A DNA stretch of 64,000 nt from a virus. Shown here one piece after another: positions 54,271 to 63,760 of this stretch. The stretch lies in IMG/VR virus record IMGVR_UViG_3300023223_001361, positions 1-64,000 of that record. The stretch is one strand, 5' to 3'. Every line of letters starts with the position of its first letter. Position 1 is the stretch's first letter. The notes beneath the pieces are model-generated. The model did no database searches. It had not been told where the DNA came from and worked only from the letters and a program-made list of their open reading frames with translations. The position numbers and the translations under genes are program-made.

Positions 54271-54777
54271 ATGAACGAATTTTTTCGTGTTAGTGATCAA
54301 GTTATTCCTCCAAAATATGCTACAGATGGTTCTTCTTGTTTTGATATTTGTGCTTATTTGCCAGCAGAAAAACATGTTCAATTCAAAATGTCCAGCAATA
54401 TAAATTTTTTTCGCATGGTAATGAATAGTCATACAGTTATATCTCCAGGAGAAAGAGCTCTTATTCCAACAGGTTTACATTTTAATATTCATTCAGGATA
54501 CGAATTAAAACTTTATTCTCGTTCCGGCATTCCTTGGAAACACAATATTACTGTTCATAATGGTGTTGGTGTTATTGATAGTGATTATATTAATGAGCTT
54601 TTTGTGATGTTACAGAATCATGGTAGTAAGACTTTTATTATCAATCATGGTGATAGGATTGCTCAAGCTCAGTTTGTAAAGATTTTGAGAAAACCTTTAA
54701 AAGAAACTGTGATTAAACCTACTCAAAAAACTAGTAGAATTGGTGGTTTTGGATCAACTGGAGTAAATAAATTATGA
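54271..54777 (+). CDS. dut: Trimeric dUTPase
   Basis: GSSCFDI, SRSG, GVIDSDY, GDRIAQ, R.GGFGSTG. Confidence 0.95.
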   Translation: MNEFFRVSDQVIPPKYATDGSSCFDICAYLPAEKHVQFKMSSNINFFRMVMNSHTVISPGERALIPTGLHFNIHSGYELKLYSRSGIPWKHNITVHNGVGVIDSDYINELFVMLQNHGSKTFIINHGDRIAQAQFVKILRKPLKETVIKPTQKTSRIGGFGSTGVNKL

Positions 54778-54983
54778 GAATCTATGAAATGAAATCTATA
54801 CCTGGCCTTAAAATTGATTTAGAGAAAATTTCTTGTTTTTCTGTTGATGATATTTCTTTTGATATTCGTGTTGATGGAGTAACTTTCCATTCTTATCATG
54901 TAGCAAAAAATCAAGAAGTTTTTGATGCAGATGTATATTTTATTAATAAGTTTTTAGATTCGAGGAAATGTAATGCCTTCTAA
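54774..54983 (+). CDS. Hypothetical protein
   Basis: Overlaps both neighbours in a coupled arrangement. Confidence 0.55.
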   Translation: MRIYEMKSIPGLKIDLEKISCFSVDDISFDIRVDGVTFHSYHVAKNQEVFDADVYFINKFLDSRKCNAF

Positions 54984-55836
54984 ATTAATTATGACAAAAG
55001 GCTTGCCTGGTTCTGGGAAAAGCACTTGGGCAAAACAAATGGTAGAAGAATCTGGGTTCAAAAGGGTGAATAAAGATGACTTACGTGCAATGATTGATGG
55101 TGGAAAATGGTCAAAAGCTAATGAGAAGTTTATATTAAATATCAGAGATAGGATTGTTCAACATGCTTTGCTAGCTAGACATAATATTATTGTAGATGAT
55201 ACCAATCTCCATCCAAAACATGAAGAAAATCTCAGGGCGGAAGCAAAATCTAATGGAGCAGAATTCAAAATAAAAGATTTTACTGATGTTCCATTGCAGA
55301 CTTGTATAGAAAGGGATTTACTTCGACAGGTTTCGGTTGGCAAAGATGTTATCTTAAAAATGCATCGAGAATTTTTGAAAGACAAATCAGGTAGGCGGAC
55401 TCCAGAATATAATCACACTTTACCAAATTGCATTATTGTAGACATTGATGGAACACTTGCTATCAATGATGGTCATCGTCAATTTTATGAATGGGATAAA
55501 GTTGGTCTTGACAAACCGAATAAACCGGTTGTTAACTTAGTTCGATATTGTGATGATTTAACAACACGCATTATTGTTTTTTCTGGTCGAGATGGTTCAT
55601 GTATAGATTTATCTAGAGAATGGTTAATTGCGAACGAAATCCCTTTTGATGCTTTATATCAAAGAGCTTCTGGTGATAGTCGTAAGGACAACATAGTAAA
55701 GCGGGAATTATATGATGCTCATGTGTTGGGAGTATACAACGTTTTATTTGTTTTGGATGATAGGAATCAAGTTGTTGATATGTGGAGGAATGAACTAGGT
55801 TTGACTTGCCTGCAAGTAGCTGAAGGAAATTTCTAA
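54973..55836 (+). CDS. pseT: Polynucleotide 5'-kinase/3'-phosphatase (PseT)
   Basis: GLPGSGKSTWA, NKDDLR, DDTN; HAD domain DIDGTLA, SGR, DDRNQVVDMWR, QVA.GNF. Confidence 0.95.
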   Translation: MPSKLIMTKGLPGSGKSTWAKQMVEESGFKRVNKDDLRAMIDGGKWSKANEKFILNIRDRIVQHALLARHNIIVDDTNLHPKHEENLRAEAKSNGAEFKIKDFTDVPLQTCIERDLLRQVSVGKDVILKMHREFLKDKSGRRTPEYNHTLPNCIIVDIDGTLAINDGHRQFYEWDKVGLDKPNKPVVNLVRYCDDLTTRIIVFSGRDGSCIDLSREWLIANEIPFDALYQRASGDSRKDNIVKRELYDAHVLGVYNVLFVLDDRNQVVDMWRNELGLTCLQVAEGNF

Positions 55837-56522
55837 TGACTAAGTTTGTTTGTATTTCAGATACACATGCTACAGAAAATCGACTGCATTATCCTATTCC
55901 CGATGGAGATGTTTTATTGTTTGCTGGCGATGTTATGACTTGTGGTTATAGGGAATATGAAATTGTTGAATTTCTCAATTGGTTTTCGGCACTTCCCCAT
56001 AAACACAAAATTTGGATTGCTGGAAATCATGATAGGAAATTTGAATATAATCCTGAAAGTGTAAAAGAATTACGAGATGAAAATAGTATACTTTTGGAGA
56101 AACAAGGTTTTATATCTCCAATTTATTTACAAGATGAATCTGTTACTATTGAAGGCTGGAAAATTTATGGTTCCCCTTGGCAGCCTTGGTTTTGTGATTG
56201 GGCGTTCAATCTGCCTCGTGATGGGGAAATATTAGATGAAAAGTGGGCAGTAATTCCTGATGATACAGATATTCTTATTACTCATGGTCCACCTTTTAAA
56301 ATTCTTGATAATTCACCTGGAGTTTGTCATAGTGTTGGTTGTAAACTTCTTATGGAAAGGGTTAAGAGATTAAAGCCTAAAATTCATTTGTTTGGGCATA
56401 TTCATGGTGGTTATGGTGTTCACTTCGATGAAAACATTAATACATACTATGTTAATGCAAGTCTTGTTGACGAAAGATATGAACCGGTAAATGCCCCAAT
56501 TGTAATAGAGCTATATAAATGA
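55836..56522 (+). CDS. Calcineurin-like metallophosphoesterase (MPPED/239FB-like)
   Basis: ISDTH, AGD, IAGNHD, YGSPWQP, LITHGPP, HLFGHIH. Confidence 0.9.
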   Translation: MTKFVCISDTHATENRLHYPIPDGDVLLFAGDVMTCGYREYEIVEFLNWFSALPHKHKIWIAGNHDRKFEYNPESVKELRDENSILLEKQGFISPIYLQDESVTIEGWKIYGSPWQPWFCDWAFNLPRDGEILDEKWAVIPDDTDILITHGPPFKILDNSPGVCHSVGCKLLMERVKRLKPKIHLFGHIHGGYGVHFDENINTYYVNASLVDERYEPVNAPIVIELYK

Positions 56523-57043
56523 TAAATTATTGGAAAATAGAAAAGATAAAGAAAAAACGATTTACTATCGATAAAGATGTAGATCATGAATGTAGTCAAG
56601 AATGCATCGATCTAATTAAGTATTTTGAGGGTTTTAAAAAAGAAGCTTATCCAGATACAGGTGGTGTCTGGACTATTGGTTACGGAACAACTCGTTATAG
56701 TAAATTCAAAAGAGTAAAAAAAGGCGATGTTGTTACAAAAACTCAGGCAGAAGCATATCTCAAAGAAGATGTTGCTAGATTTGTTAAAGCCGTCAATAAA
56801 CGTGTAACTGTTCCTTTAGAGCAACATCAATTTGATGCTTTAGTATGCTGGACTTATAATCTTGGCGAGACAAATTTACGAAAGTCAACTATGCTCAAGG
56901 TTTTGAATAAGGGTTTGTATGACCAAGTTCCAAATCAAATGAGAAGGTGGAATAAGGATAATGGTAAAGTAATAAGAGGATTGGTCAGGAGAAGACATGC
57001 TGAAGCTACATTATTCGAAAGTGGAATTTCTATTAGAGGATAG
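56519..57043 (+). CDS. Lysozyme/endolysin, GH24
   Basis: FEG....AY.D.GG.WTIGYG (E-D-T triad), QFDALV...YNLG, GLVRRR.AE..LF. Confidence 0.93.
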   Translation: MINYWKIEKIKKKRFTIDKDVDHECSQECIDLIKYFEGFKKEAYPDTGGVWTIGYGTTRYSKFKRVKKGDVVTKTQAEAYLKEDVARFVKAVNKRVTVPLEQHQFDALVCWTYNLGETNLRKSTMLKVLNKGLYDQVPNQMRRWNKDNGKVIRGLVRRRHAEATLFESGISIRG

Positions 57044-57046
57044 ATT

Positions 57047-57394
57047 ATGTCAGAAAAGAAAACCGAAAAGAAGAAATATAATATCAAATTGGTTCATACT
57101 CATCTTGGGGAAGATATTGTTGCTGATGTTGAAGAAAAGAAGGATTCTGTGCTTTTAACAAATCCAATTGTTATTGGTATGGTTGGCAGAGCTGGTCCAC
57201 CACAAGTAGCGGCTTCACCTTGGTTGTTATTTTCTACTGAAACTTTTGTAGATCTGGATCGATCTTTCATCATGTATATTAAAGAACCAGTTCAACAACT
57301 TCGTGATGAATGGCAAAGAATTTTCAATCCTAGCCAGATTATTCAACTATCTGGCGATAACAAAGTAGTAGTTCCTGAATTGAAAGTAAAATAG
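57047..57394 (+). CDS. Conserved hypothetical protein (Sm-like) upstream of gp43
   Basis: IKLV....GEDIVA.V......L.NP......PW..F pattern; synteny. Confidence 0.7.
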   Translation: MSEKKTEKKKYNIKLVHTHLGEDIVADVEEKKDSVLLTNPIVIGMVGRAGPPQVAASPWLLFSTETFVDLDRSFIMYIKEPVQQLRDEWQRIFNPSQIIQLSGDNKVVVPELKVK

Positions 57395-57397
57395 TAC

Positions 57398-57426
57398 TTT
57401 ACTAGTTTACAACATTGTGATATAGT
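57398..57426 (+). promoter_or_regulatory. Sigma70-like promoter for the DNA polymerase
   Basis: TTTACT-17 nt-TATAGT with extended TG. Confidence 0.5.
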
Positions 57427-57432
57427 TACATT

Positions 57433-58914
57433 ATGCGTTTTTTTACGAATTGTTTATGTATTCAGAATAAGATATATTTACGTGAAATCGTGGATGGCAA
57501 CCGCAACAAGCGCAAGCTCAATTATCAACCTACTCTATTTTTGCCAGCTAACGAAGAATCCAAGTGGAAAACTCTTGATGGTAAAGATGTCAAACCGATG
57601 CAATTCTCATCTATTAAAGATTCTAGGGAATTCATATCTCAGTATAAAGATGTAGAAAATTTTGAAATATATGGGAATACGAATTATCATTATTGTTTTA
57701 TGGGTGATGAATATCCTGGAAAGATAGAATATAATTTTGATGATTTGATTGTTTGTAATTTAGATATTGAGGTGGCAAGTGAGAATGGTTTTCCTACTGC
57801 CGATCTTGCACAAGAAGAAGTTATAGCAATCACAATGAAAGTAAAAGATTTATTTTTTGTGTTTGGCTGCGGTAATTACAAAAATTATAATCCGAAAGTG
57901 ACTTACTTTCAATGTGAAGATGAAGTTGAATTACTTTCAAGATTTCTTGATATTTGGGAAAAAATTTCTCCAGATATCATTACTGGATGGTATATAGAAG
58001 ATTTTGATATACCATATCTTGTTAATAGAATTACTAAATTGCTTGGTAATCAAGAAGTATCAAGACTTTCTCCTTGGAAATGGGTTAAGGAGAAACGGTA
58101 TTTTTATCAAGGAAAAGAAAAGATTTTGTATAATTTGGTAGGAATTTCTTGTCTGGATTATTTGACACTTTATAAGAATAAAAGTTTGAATCCTAAAGGT
58201 GCAAATAAAGAAAATTATAAGTTGAATACGATTGCTCATCTTGAACTTGGTGAAAAGAAGCTTTCCTATGAGGAATACGGAAATCTGTATAACTTATATA
58301 AGAACAATTATCAGAAGTTTATTGATTACAATATCAAGGATGTTGAGCTTGTTGATAGATTGGAAAATAAATTGAAATTTATTGAGTTAGTTGTGGGGGT
58401 CGCATATGATGCGAAAGTAAATTTTGATGATGTTTTATATCAAGTGAGAACTTGGGATACAATTATATATAATCACTTAAAAGATAGAAATATTGTTATT
58501 CCACAAAAAGAAAGACATGTTAAGAAACAACAATATGCTGGAGGGTATGTCAAAGAACCCCAGTGTGGTATGCATGATTGGGTTATGTCTTTTGATTTGA
58601 ATTCATTGTATCCTCATTTAATTGCTCAATTTAATGTATCACCCGAAACAATTCGCCCGGAAATGTTTAAAGTGGTAAATGTAGAAGGTTTGCTGAAGGG
58701 GAGTTTTGATTTATCAGATTTAAAGAATAAGAAAGTTACAATGGCAGCAAATGGTCACCATTTTGATACTACTAAAGAAGGATTTTTACCAAAGATTTTA
58801 ATGGAAATGTATTCCCTAAGAACTGTTTATAAGAACAAGATGCTTAATGCTGAAAAAAAGTTGGAAAATATCAATACTGAAATGCGCAAAAGAAAATTAG
58901 AAGTAAATGAGTAA
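57433..58914 (+). CDS. 43A: Family-B DNA polymerase gp43, N-terminal part (43A: exonuclease, palm motif A, first finger helix)
   Basis: ExoI DIEV, ExoII TGWY...FDIPY, ExoIII YNIKD, YAGGYVKEP, motif A SFDLNSLYPH; stops after the first fingers helix. Confidence 0.95.
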   Translation: MRFFTNCLCIQNKIYLREIVDGNRNKRKLNYQPTLFLPANEESKWKTLDGKDVKPMQFSSIKDSREFISQYKDVENFEIYGNTNYHYCFMGDEYPGKIEYNFDDLIVCNLDIEVASENGFPTADLAQEEVIAITMKVKDLFFVFGCGNYKNYNPKVTYFQCEDEVELLSRFLDIWEKISPDIITGWYIEDFDIPYLVNRITKLLGNQEVSRLSPWKWVKEKRYFYQGKEKILYNLVGISCLDYLTLYKNKSLNPKGANKENYKLNTIAHLELGEKKLSYEEYGNLYNLYKNNYQKFIDYNIKDVELVDRLENKLKFIELVVGVAYDAKVNFDDVLYQVRTWDTIIYNHLKDRNIVIPQKERHVKKQQYAGGYVKEPQCGMHDWVMSFDLNSLYPHLIAQFNVSPETIRPEMFKVVNVEGLLKGSFDLSDLKNKKVTMAANGHHFDTTKEGFLPKILMEMYSLRTVYKNKMLNAEKKLENINTEMRKRKLEVNE

Positions 58915-59080
58915 TCATATACAAATTTTTAAAAAATATAAGAGTGTTTGCTGTAAAGCGCCAATTCAGAGAGAAAGCTGGCAAATTAGGTGGTTAGCTG
59001 GAACGCATCATATTTGCACCAACTGTAAAAATTTTGTTTCTGATCCTGAGATTTGTTTATCTGATAGGAAAATAAAATGA
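58907..59080 (+). CDS. Small Zn-ribbon-like protein (57 aa, not in the ORF track)
   Basis: MSNHIQIFKKYKSVCCKAPIQRESW...HHICTNCKNF...; overlaps the 43A stop and is ATGA-coupled to the next gene. Confidence 0.6.
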   Translation: MSNHIQIFKKYKSVCCKAPIQRESWQIRWLAGTHHICTNCKNFVSDPEICLSDRKIK

Positions 59081-59910
59081 TCGGCGAAACAAAATATGGG
59101 CCTACTGTTCCGATAACAAAAATTGATGGATATGATAGACTATTTGCTGTTGGTGACGTTCATGGTTGCAAAGCTGAATTAGATATTATTCTAAATCATC
59201 TTGTGGAAAAAGAAAAGCTCACTCAGAATGATCAATTGGTTTTCATTGGTGATTATATTGACCGTGGACCCGATTCACCTGGAGTTATCCAGACCTTAAT
59301 AGAATTCAAGAAAAAGTTTCCAAGGACGGAATTTCTTCGTGGAAATCATGAGGATATGTTGATAGGTTATCTTTATGGCGAAACGGGAATGTCTAGTTGT
59401 AGCCCAAATCGGCGCTTCGGCGGTCTATTTGGTAATATGTTTTTCTATAATGGTGGTAATGAAACTGCAACGCAATATGATCCAGATATTCATTTCAGTG
59501 AAGCAATACCGCACGACCATAAAAAATTTATATTAAATTGCAAACTAATAATTGATACACCAAATGCATATTTTGTTCATGCTGGTTTCGAGAATTTTAA
59601 GAAGGTTCCTCTTGAAGAACAAGTTCTTGGATGTGTTACATGGATGCGTTTCCCATTTCTACATGCTCAGTGTAAATTTGGAAAGACTGTTGTACATGGT
59701 CACACTCCAACAGAAAGGCTACATTGGATTACTACAAAAAATGGTGCAGATCAGGTTAATCTTGATACTGGATGCGTTTATCATGGTAAAAGAGTTAAGA
59801 ATGGAAGGTTGAGCTGTTTGAATGTTAAAGAAAAATATGCTTTCTGTGTTACTAAAGGTGAAACAGAAATTGTTGATGTTAATAGGAAAGAACTTTTTGA
59901 AAAGCAATAA
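59077..59910 (+). CDS. Ser/Thr protein phosphatase-like metallophosphoesterase (lambda-phosphatase/ApaH family)
   Basis: GDVHG, GDYIDRGPDS, RGNHE, FVHAG, HGHTP, LDTG. Confidence 0.92.
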   Translation: MIGETKYGPTVPITKIDGYDRLFAVGDVHGCKAELDIILNHLVEKEKLTQNDQLVFIGDYIDRGPDSPGVIQTLIEFKKKFPRTEFLRGNHEDMLIGYLYGETGMSSCSPNRRFGGLFGNMFFYNGGNETATQYDPDIHFSEAIPHDHKKFILNCKLIIDTPNAYFVHAGFENFKKVPLEEQVLGCVTWMRFPFLHAQCKFGKTVVHGHTPTERLHWITTKNGADQVNLDTGCVYHGKRVKNGRLSCLNVKEKYAFCVTKGETEIVDVNRKELFEKQ

Positions 59911-59985
59911 TCCGGGGTAGCTCAACGGTTGAGCAGACGGCTGTTAACCGTCCGGTTGCAGGTTCGAATCCTGCCCTCGGAGCCA
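59911..59985 (+). tRNA. tRNA-Asn(GTT)
   Basis: Canonical cloverleaf: TCCGGGG/CCTCGGA, GACGG-CTGTTAA-CCGTC, GCAGG-TTCGAAT-CCTGC, G73, CCA. Confidence 0.95.
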
Positions 59986-59994
59986 AAATTTGAA

Positions 59995-60696
59995 ATGAGA
60001 GAAGCAAAAATTTATATGATAGAGCATAAAACTCTCTATAGAAGATATATAGGTTTTACATTAAATTTAAATGCCAGAATTTCTTGTCATAAAAATTGTA
60101 AAGAAAATGGATTACTTCATAGAGATATAAAAAAATATGGTTGGGATGCTTTTGAAACAACAATTTTATACGAATCACCAGATGAATATCACACTTTACT
60201 ATCTATGGAGCCTTATTTTATTGGATTACATCAATCTCATGTAGCCTTTGGTGGCTATAATCAAAGTTTTGGTGGGGAACATGGTCAATTAAAATTAGAG
60301 AGTTATATTATAAGGAAAGGAGGTACGAAAAATAGGGATAGTAAGCTTTATGGTCATAATCAATTTGAAGTTCCAGGAAAGATTTACTTTCCTGAAAGTG
60401 AAAAATTTGAATTAAATCCACCATCTGTTGCTTTACCTAAGCAACCCAGAACAAAAAGATTAGAATGGAATAATCTTTTGGAGTATGTTGAAGATGCTAC
60501 ACGATGTAAAGATAATATTGGTAAATATGCAATTTCTTATAAGGATAAAATAAAAATCCTTGACAAAGAAAAATTAAAAGAGTATTGTAATAAAAATTAT
60601 TTAAATTTTTGGCATATGCTTCAAAAGGCAGAGGGAAAGAAAAATCAACATCTTAAATATCACAGTAAGTGGCATTTTATTAAAAGGATAAGATGA
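59995..60696 (+). mobile_element. Free-standing GIY-YIG (Seg-like) homing endonuclease
   Basis: KIY.I......RRYIG.T.....R...H, LH..IKKYG...F, E.YFI, GYN...GG. True start is ATG 59995, because the longer ORF call overlaps the tRNA. Confidence 0.85.
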
Positions 60697-61793
60697 ATTT
60701 ACAAAACTTAACAAATCAAGAATTAAAAGCTCTACATTCCAAAACATCTGATGAAGTTTTTGAATTTAAGAACTTGCAGGAAGCTAAGAAGGTTCAGCTT
60801 AACTCAGCTTATGGTGCCTTGGGGAACCAATATTTTCGTTTTTATGATATTAGACAAGCTGAAGCTATTACACTTTCTGGTCAACTTGTGATTCAGTGGA
60901 TTGAAAAAACTTTGAATGATTTTCTAAACAAAATGCTTCATACTGAAGATATAGATTATATCATTGCAATGGATACTGATTCAGTTTATGTGAAATTGGA
61001 TAAATTAGTTGATACAGTTTTTAAAGGTAATGTACCAGAACCAAACAAAGTCGTTGACTTTTTAGATAAAGTAGCCGAACAAACTTTTAAGCCATTAATT
61101 GATAAGTCTTATCAGAAACTAGCAGATTATCTTAATGGATACGCACAAAAAATGCAAATGGATCGTGAAGTGATTGCTAGAAAGGGTATTTGGACGGCAA
61201 AGAAACGATATGCTTTACAAGTATATGATTCTGAAGGTATTCGATATAAAAAGCCAAAAATCAAAGACATGGGTTTGGAAACTGTCAAATCTAGTACACC
61301 TGAATTTTGTCGAAAAAAGCTAAAAGAAGCACTAGAAATTTTAATGGTAAAGGATGAAGTTGCAATACAAGAATTTATTGCTAAAGTAAAAGAAGAATTT
61401 GATGCACTTCCACCAGAAGAAATGGCTTTCCCGAGAGGTGTGAATAATCTAGAAAAGTATGCAAATAAAGAATTTATCTATAGTTCAGGAACACCACAAA
61501 ATGTGAAAGCTTCTCTGGTTTATAACCACTTGTTAAAAAAGCATAAATTAACCAGAAAATATCATCTGATCAAGAGCGGGGATAAGATGAAATTTTTACC
61601 TTTAATCTTGCCTAATTCTGCACAAAATGCTATAATAGGATTTTCAGATGAATTACCAAAAGAGTTTAATTTACATGATCAGATTGATTATGATAAGCAA
61701 TTTGAAAAATCTTTTCTCCATCCTTTAGTTGGATTATTAAAACATGTTGGTTGGGAAACCGAGAAAAAATCTTCTTTGTTGGATTTTTTATAA
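60693..61793 (+). CDS. 43B: Family-B DNA polymerase gp43, C-terminal part (43B: second finger helix, palm, thumb)
   Basis: Motif B KVQLNSAYGALGN, AITLSGQ, motif C MDTDSVY, MDRE, KKRYAL, GLETVKSSTP; own ATG with AAGGA RBS. Confidence 0.95.
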   Translation: MNLQNLTNQELKALHSKTSDEVFEFKNLQEAKKVQLNSAYGALGNQYFRFYDIRQAEAITLSGQLVIQWIEKTLNDFLNKMLHTEDIDYIIAMDTDSVYVKLDKLVDTVFKGNVPEPNKVVDFLDKVAEQTFKPLIDKSYQKLADYLNGYAQKMQMDREVIARKGIWTAKKRYALQVYDSEGIRYKKPKIKDMGLETVKSSTPEFCRKKLKEALEILMVKDEVAIQEFIAKVKEEFDALPPEEMAFPRGVNNLEKYANKEFIYSSGTPQNVKASLVYNHLLKKHKLTRKYHLIKSGDKMKFLPLILPNSAQNAIIGFSDELPKEFNLHDQIDYDKQFEKSFLHPLVGLLKHVGWETEKKSSLLDFL

Positions 61794-62545
61794 TGATAGA
61801 ATTATTTCTTGGTGACTGTTTAGAAATTATGAGAAATATAGATGATAATTCTATAGATATGATTCTATGTGATTTACCTTATGGTACAACAAGATGTAAA
61901 TGGGATATTCCTATTCCTTTTAAATTTCTATGGAAAGAATATGAAAGAATTACAAAAGAAACAGCTAATATTATACTAACTTCAGCTCAACCATTTACAA
62001 GTAAATTGATTTTAAGTAATCTTAATTTATTCAAATATGAATTAATTTGGAATAAACGAAAAGTTACTGGTTTCTTAAATGCTAAAAAGCGCCCTTTAGT
62101 TCAACATGAAAATATTTTAGTATTTTATAAAAAATTTGGAACTTATAATCCAATAATGCATGATAATAAACTAAAAAGAGAATTTAAAGAAGTGAAAAAA
62201 ATCGATAAGACAAAAGTTTATGGAAAACAAAAATCTCATATAAAAAATATCGAAGATAATATTTCTTATCCAAGAAGTATAATTGAAAAAGTGGGTGTTC
62301 TTGGAAATAGTGATGAAAAGGTTAATCATCCAACACAGAAACCAATCGGTTTATTTGAATATTTAATTAAAACTTATAGTAATCCTAATGATTTGGTTCT
62401 AGATAATTGTATGGGTTCAGGTACAACTGGCGTTGCTTGTAAAAGAAATAATCGCAATTTTATTGGTATAGAATTGGATAAAGGATATTTTGACATAGCT
62501 AAAGATAGGATTGATGGTGAAAATAATTTGTTGGAATTTTTATAA
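61793..62545 (+). CDS. Orphan DNA amino-methyltransferase (beta class, DLPY)
   Basis: GDCL, DLPYG, HPTQKP, VLDNCMGSGTT, FIGIE. Confidence 0.9.
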   Translation: MIELFLGDCLEIMRNIDDNSIDMILCDLPYGTTRCKWDIPIPFKFLWKEYERITKETANIILTSAQPFTSKLILSNLNLFKYELIWNKRKVTGFLNAKKRPLVQHENILVFYKKFGTYNPIMHDNKLKREFKEVKKIDKTKVYGKQKSHIKNIEDNISYPRSIIEKVGVLGNSDEKVNHPTQKPIGLFEYLIKTYSNPNDLVLDNCMGSGTTGVACKRNNRNFIGIELDKGYFDIAKDRIDGENNLLEFL

Positions 62546-62970
62546 TGGGAAACTATACTTATATGGAGCTTTGGGATATGCCTAATGTAGAAATGAGTAA
62601 ATTAGTAGGTAAGGTTTTCACTTCTATAGATGTAGGAGATGATAGTATTACATTTAAAGCAAATGATGGTTCTGAGTATGTCATGTGGCACAATCAGGAT
62701 TGTTGCGAAAATGTTTATGTTGAAAGCGTTGTTGGTGATATAATAGATTTAATAGGAAATCCTATTTTACTTGCAGAAGTAGTGAGCCAAAATGAGACAC
62801 CAAAAGGAATTTCAGATGAGGAATTATCTACTGGAGAAAGTTTTACTTGGACTTTTTACAAATTAGCAACGATTAAGGGTCATGTTGATATTCGATGGTT
62901 TGGCTCATCTAATGGTTATTATTCTGAAAGGGTTAATTTAGTCGAAACGAAAGATGCTAAAGTTGAATAA
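62545..62970 (+). CDS. Conserved phage hypothetical protein
   Basis: H.QDCCE.V, TWTFYK..T.KG.V..RW.GSSNGYYSE motif widespread in phages. Confidence 0.75.
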   Translation: MGNYTYMELWDMPNVEMSKLVGKVFTSIDVGDDSITFKANDGSEYVMWHNQDCCENVYVESVVGDIIDLIGNPILLAEVVSQNETPKGISDEELSTGESFTWTFYKLATIKGHVDIRWFGSSNGYYSERVNLVETKDAKVE

Positions 62971-63751
62971 AATATATCATGGCAATTGTCTTGAGTTGAT
63001 GAATGAACTGGATGATGGTTGTATTGATTTAACTGTAACTTCTCCACCTTATGATAACTTAAGAGATTATAACGGATATGAATTTCGATTTGATGAAATC
63101 GCAACTGAGTTGTTTCGGATTACCAAACCTGGAGGTATTGTTGTTTGGGTTGTGGGTGATGCTGTTATAAAAGGAAGTGAAACTGGCACTTCATTTCAGC
63201 AAGCATTATATTTTAAAGATATTGGTTTTCGGTTACATGATACAATGATTTGGCAGAAAAGTAATTTTTCAAATCCTAGTAAAAATAGATATCATCAAAT
63301 TTTCGAATATATGTTTGTGTTTTCAAAAGGTAAACTAAAAACATTTAATCCTATTAAAGACAAGAAGAATAAGTATGTTGGTCAAGCTACAGTGGGAAAG
63401 AATACTAGAAGATTAGCTAATGGAGAAATGGTTGAGTCAAAAAAGAATATTATTAATGAATATGGTATGAGAACAAATATTTGGTTCATGAATACAGTAG
63501 GTCAGGAATACATGTGTAAAAAGTTGCCGCATCCAGCTATGTTTCCCGAAAAACTTGTAAAGGATCATATTATCTCGTGGTCAAATAAAGGTGATTTAGT
63601 TTTGGATCCCTTTATTGGGAGTGGGACAACTGCTAAAGTAGCTATGTTGAATAATCGAAACTATATTGGGATGGATATTTCAAAAGAATATTGCGAAATG
63701 GCAAGAGCAAGAATTGATGAGAGTCAAGGATTGCTATCAGTCATGAAATAG
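62954..63751 (+). CDS. Orphan DNA amino-methyltransferase (beta class, SPPY; likely N4-cytosine)
   Basis: TVTSPPYD, HPAMFPE, VLDPFIGSGTT, YIGMDIS. Confidence 0.9.
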   Translation: MLKLNKIYHGNCLELMNELDDGCIDLTVTSPPYDNLRDYNGYEFRFDEIATELFRITKPGGIVVWVVGDAVIKGSETGTSFQQALYFKDIGFRLHDTMIWQKSNFSNPSKNRYHQIFEYMFVFSKGKLKTFNPIKDKKNKYVGQATVGKNTRRLANGEMVESKKNIINEYGMRTNIWFMNTVGQEYMCKKLPHPAMFPEKLVKDHIISWSNKGDLVLDPFIGSGTTAKVAMLNNRNYIGMDISKEYCEMARARIDESQGLLSVMK

Positions 63752-63760
63752 GAAAAAATT

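Noticed and set aside
59929-59994. N-terminal extension of the endonuclease ORF in the track
   Set aside because: It is a translation of the tRNA-Asn sequence; ATG 59995 is the plausible start.
58915-60692. Group I intron or intein in gene 43
   Set aside because: The gap is filled by ORFs and a tRNA, leaving no room for a ribozyme core; there are no intein terminal motifs; both halves have their own stop/start signals.
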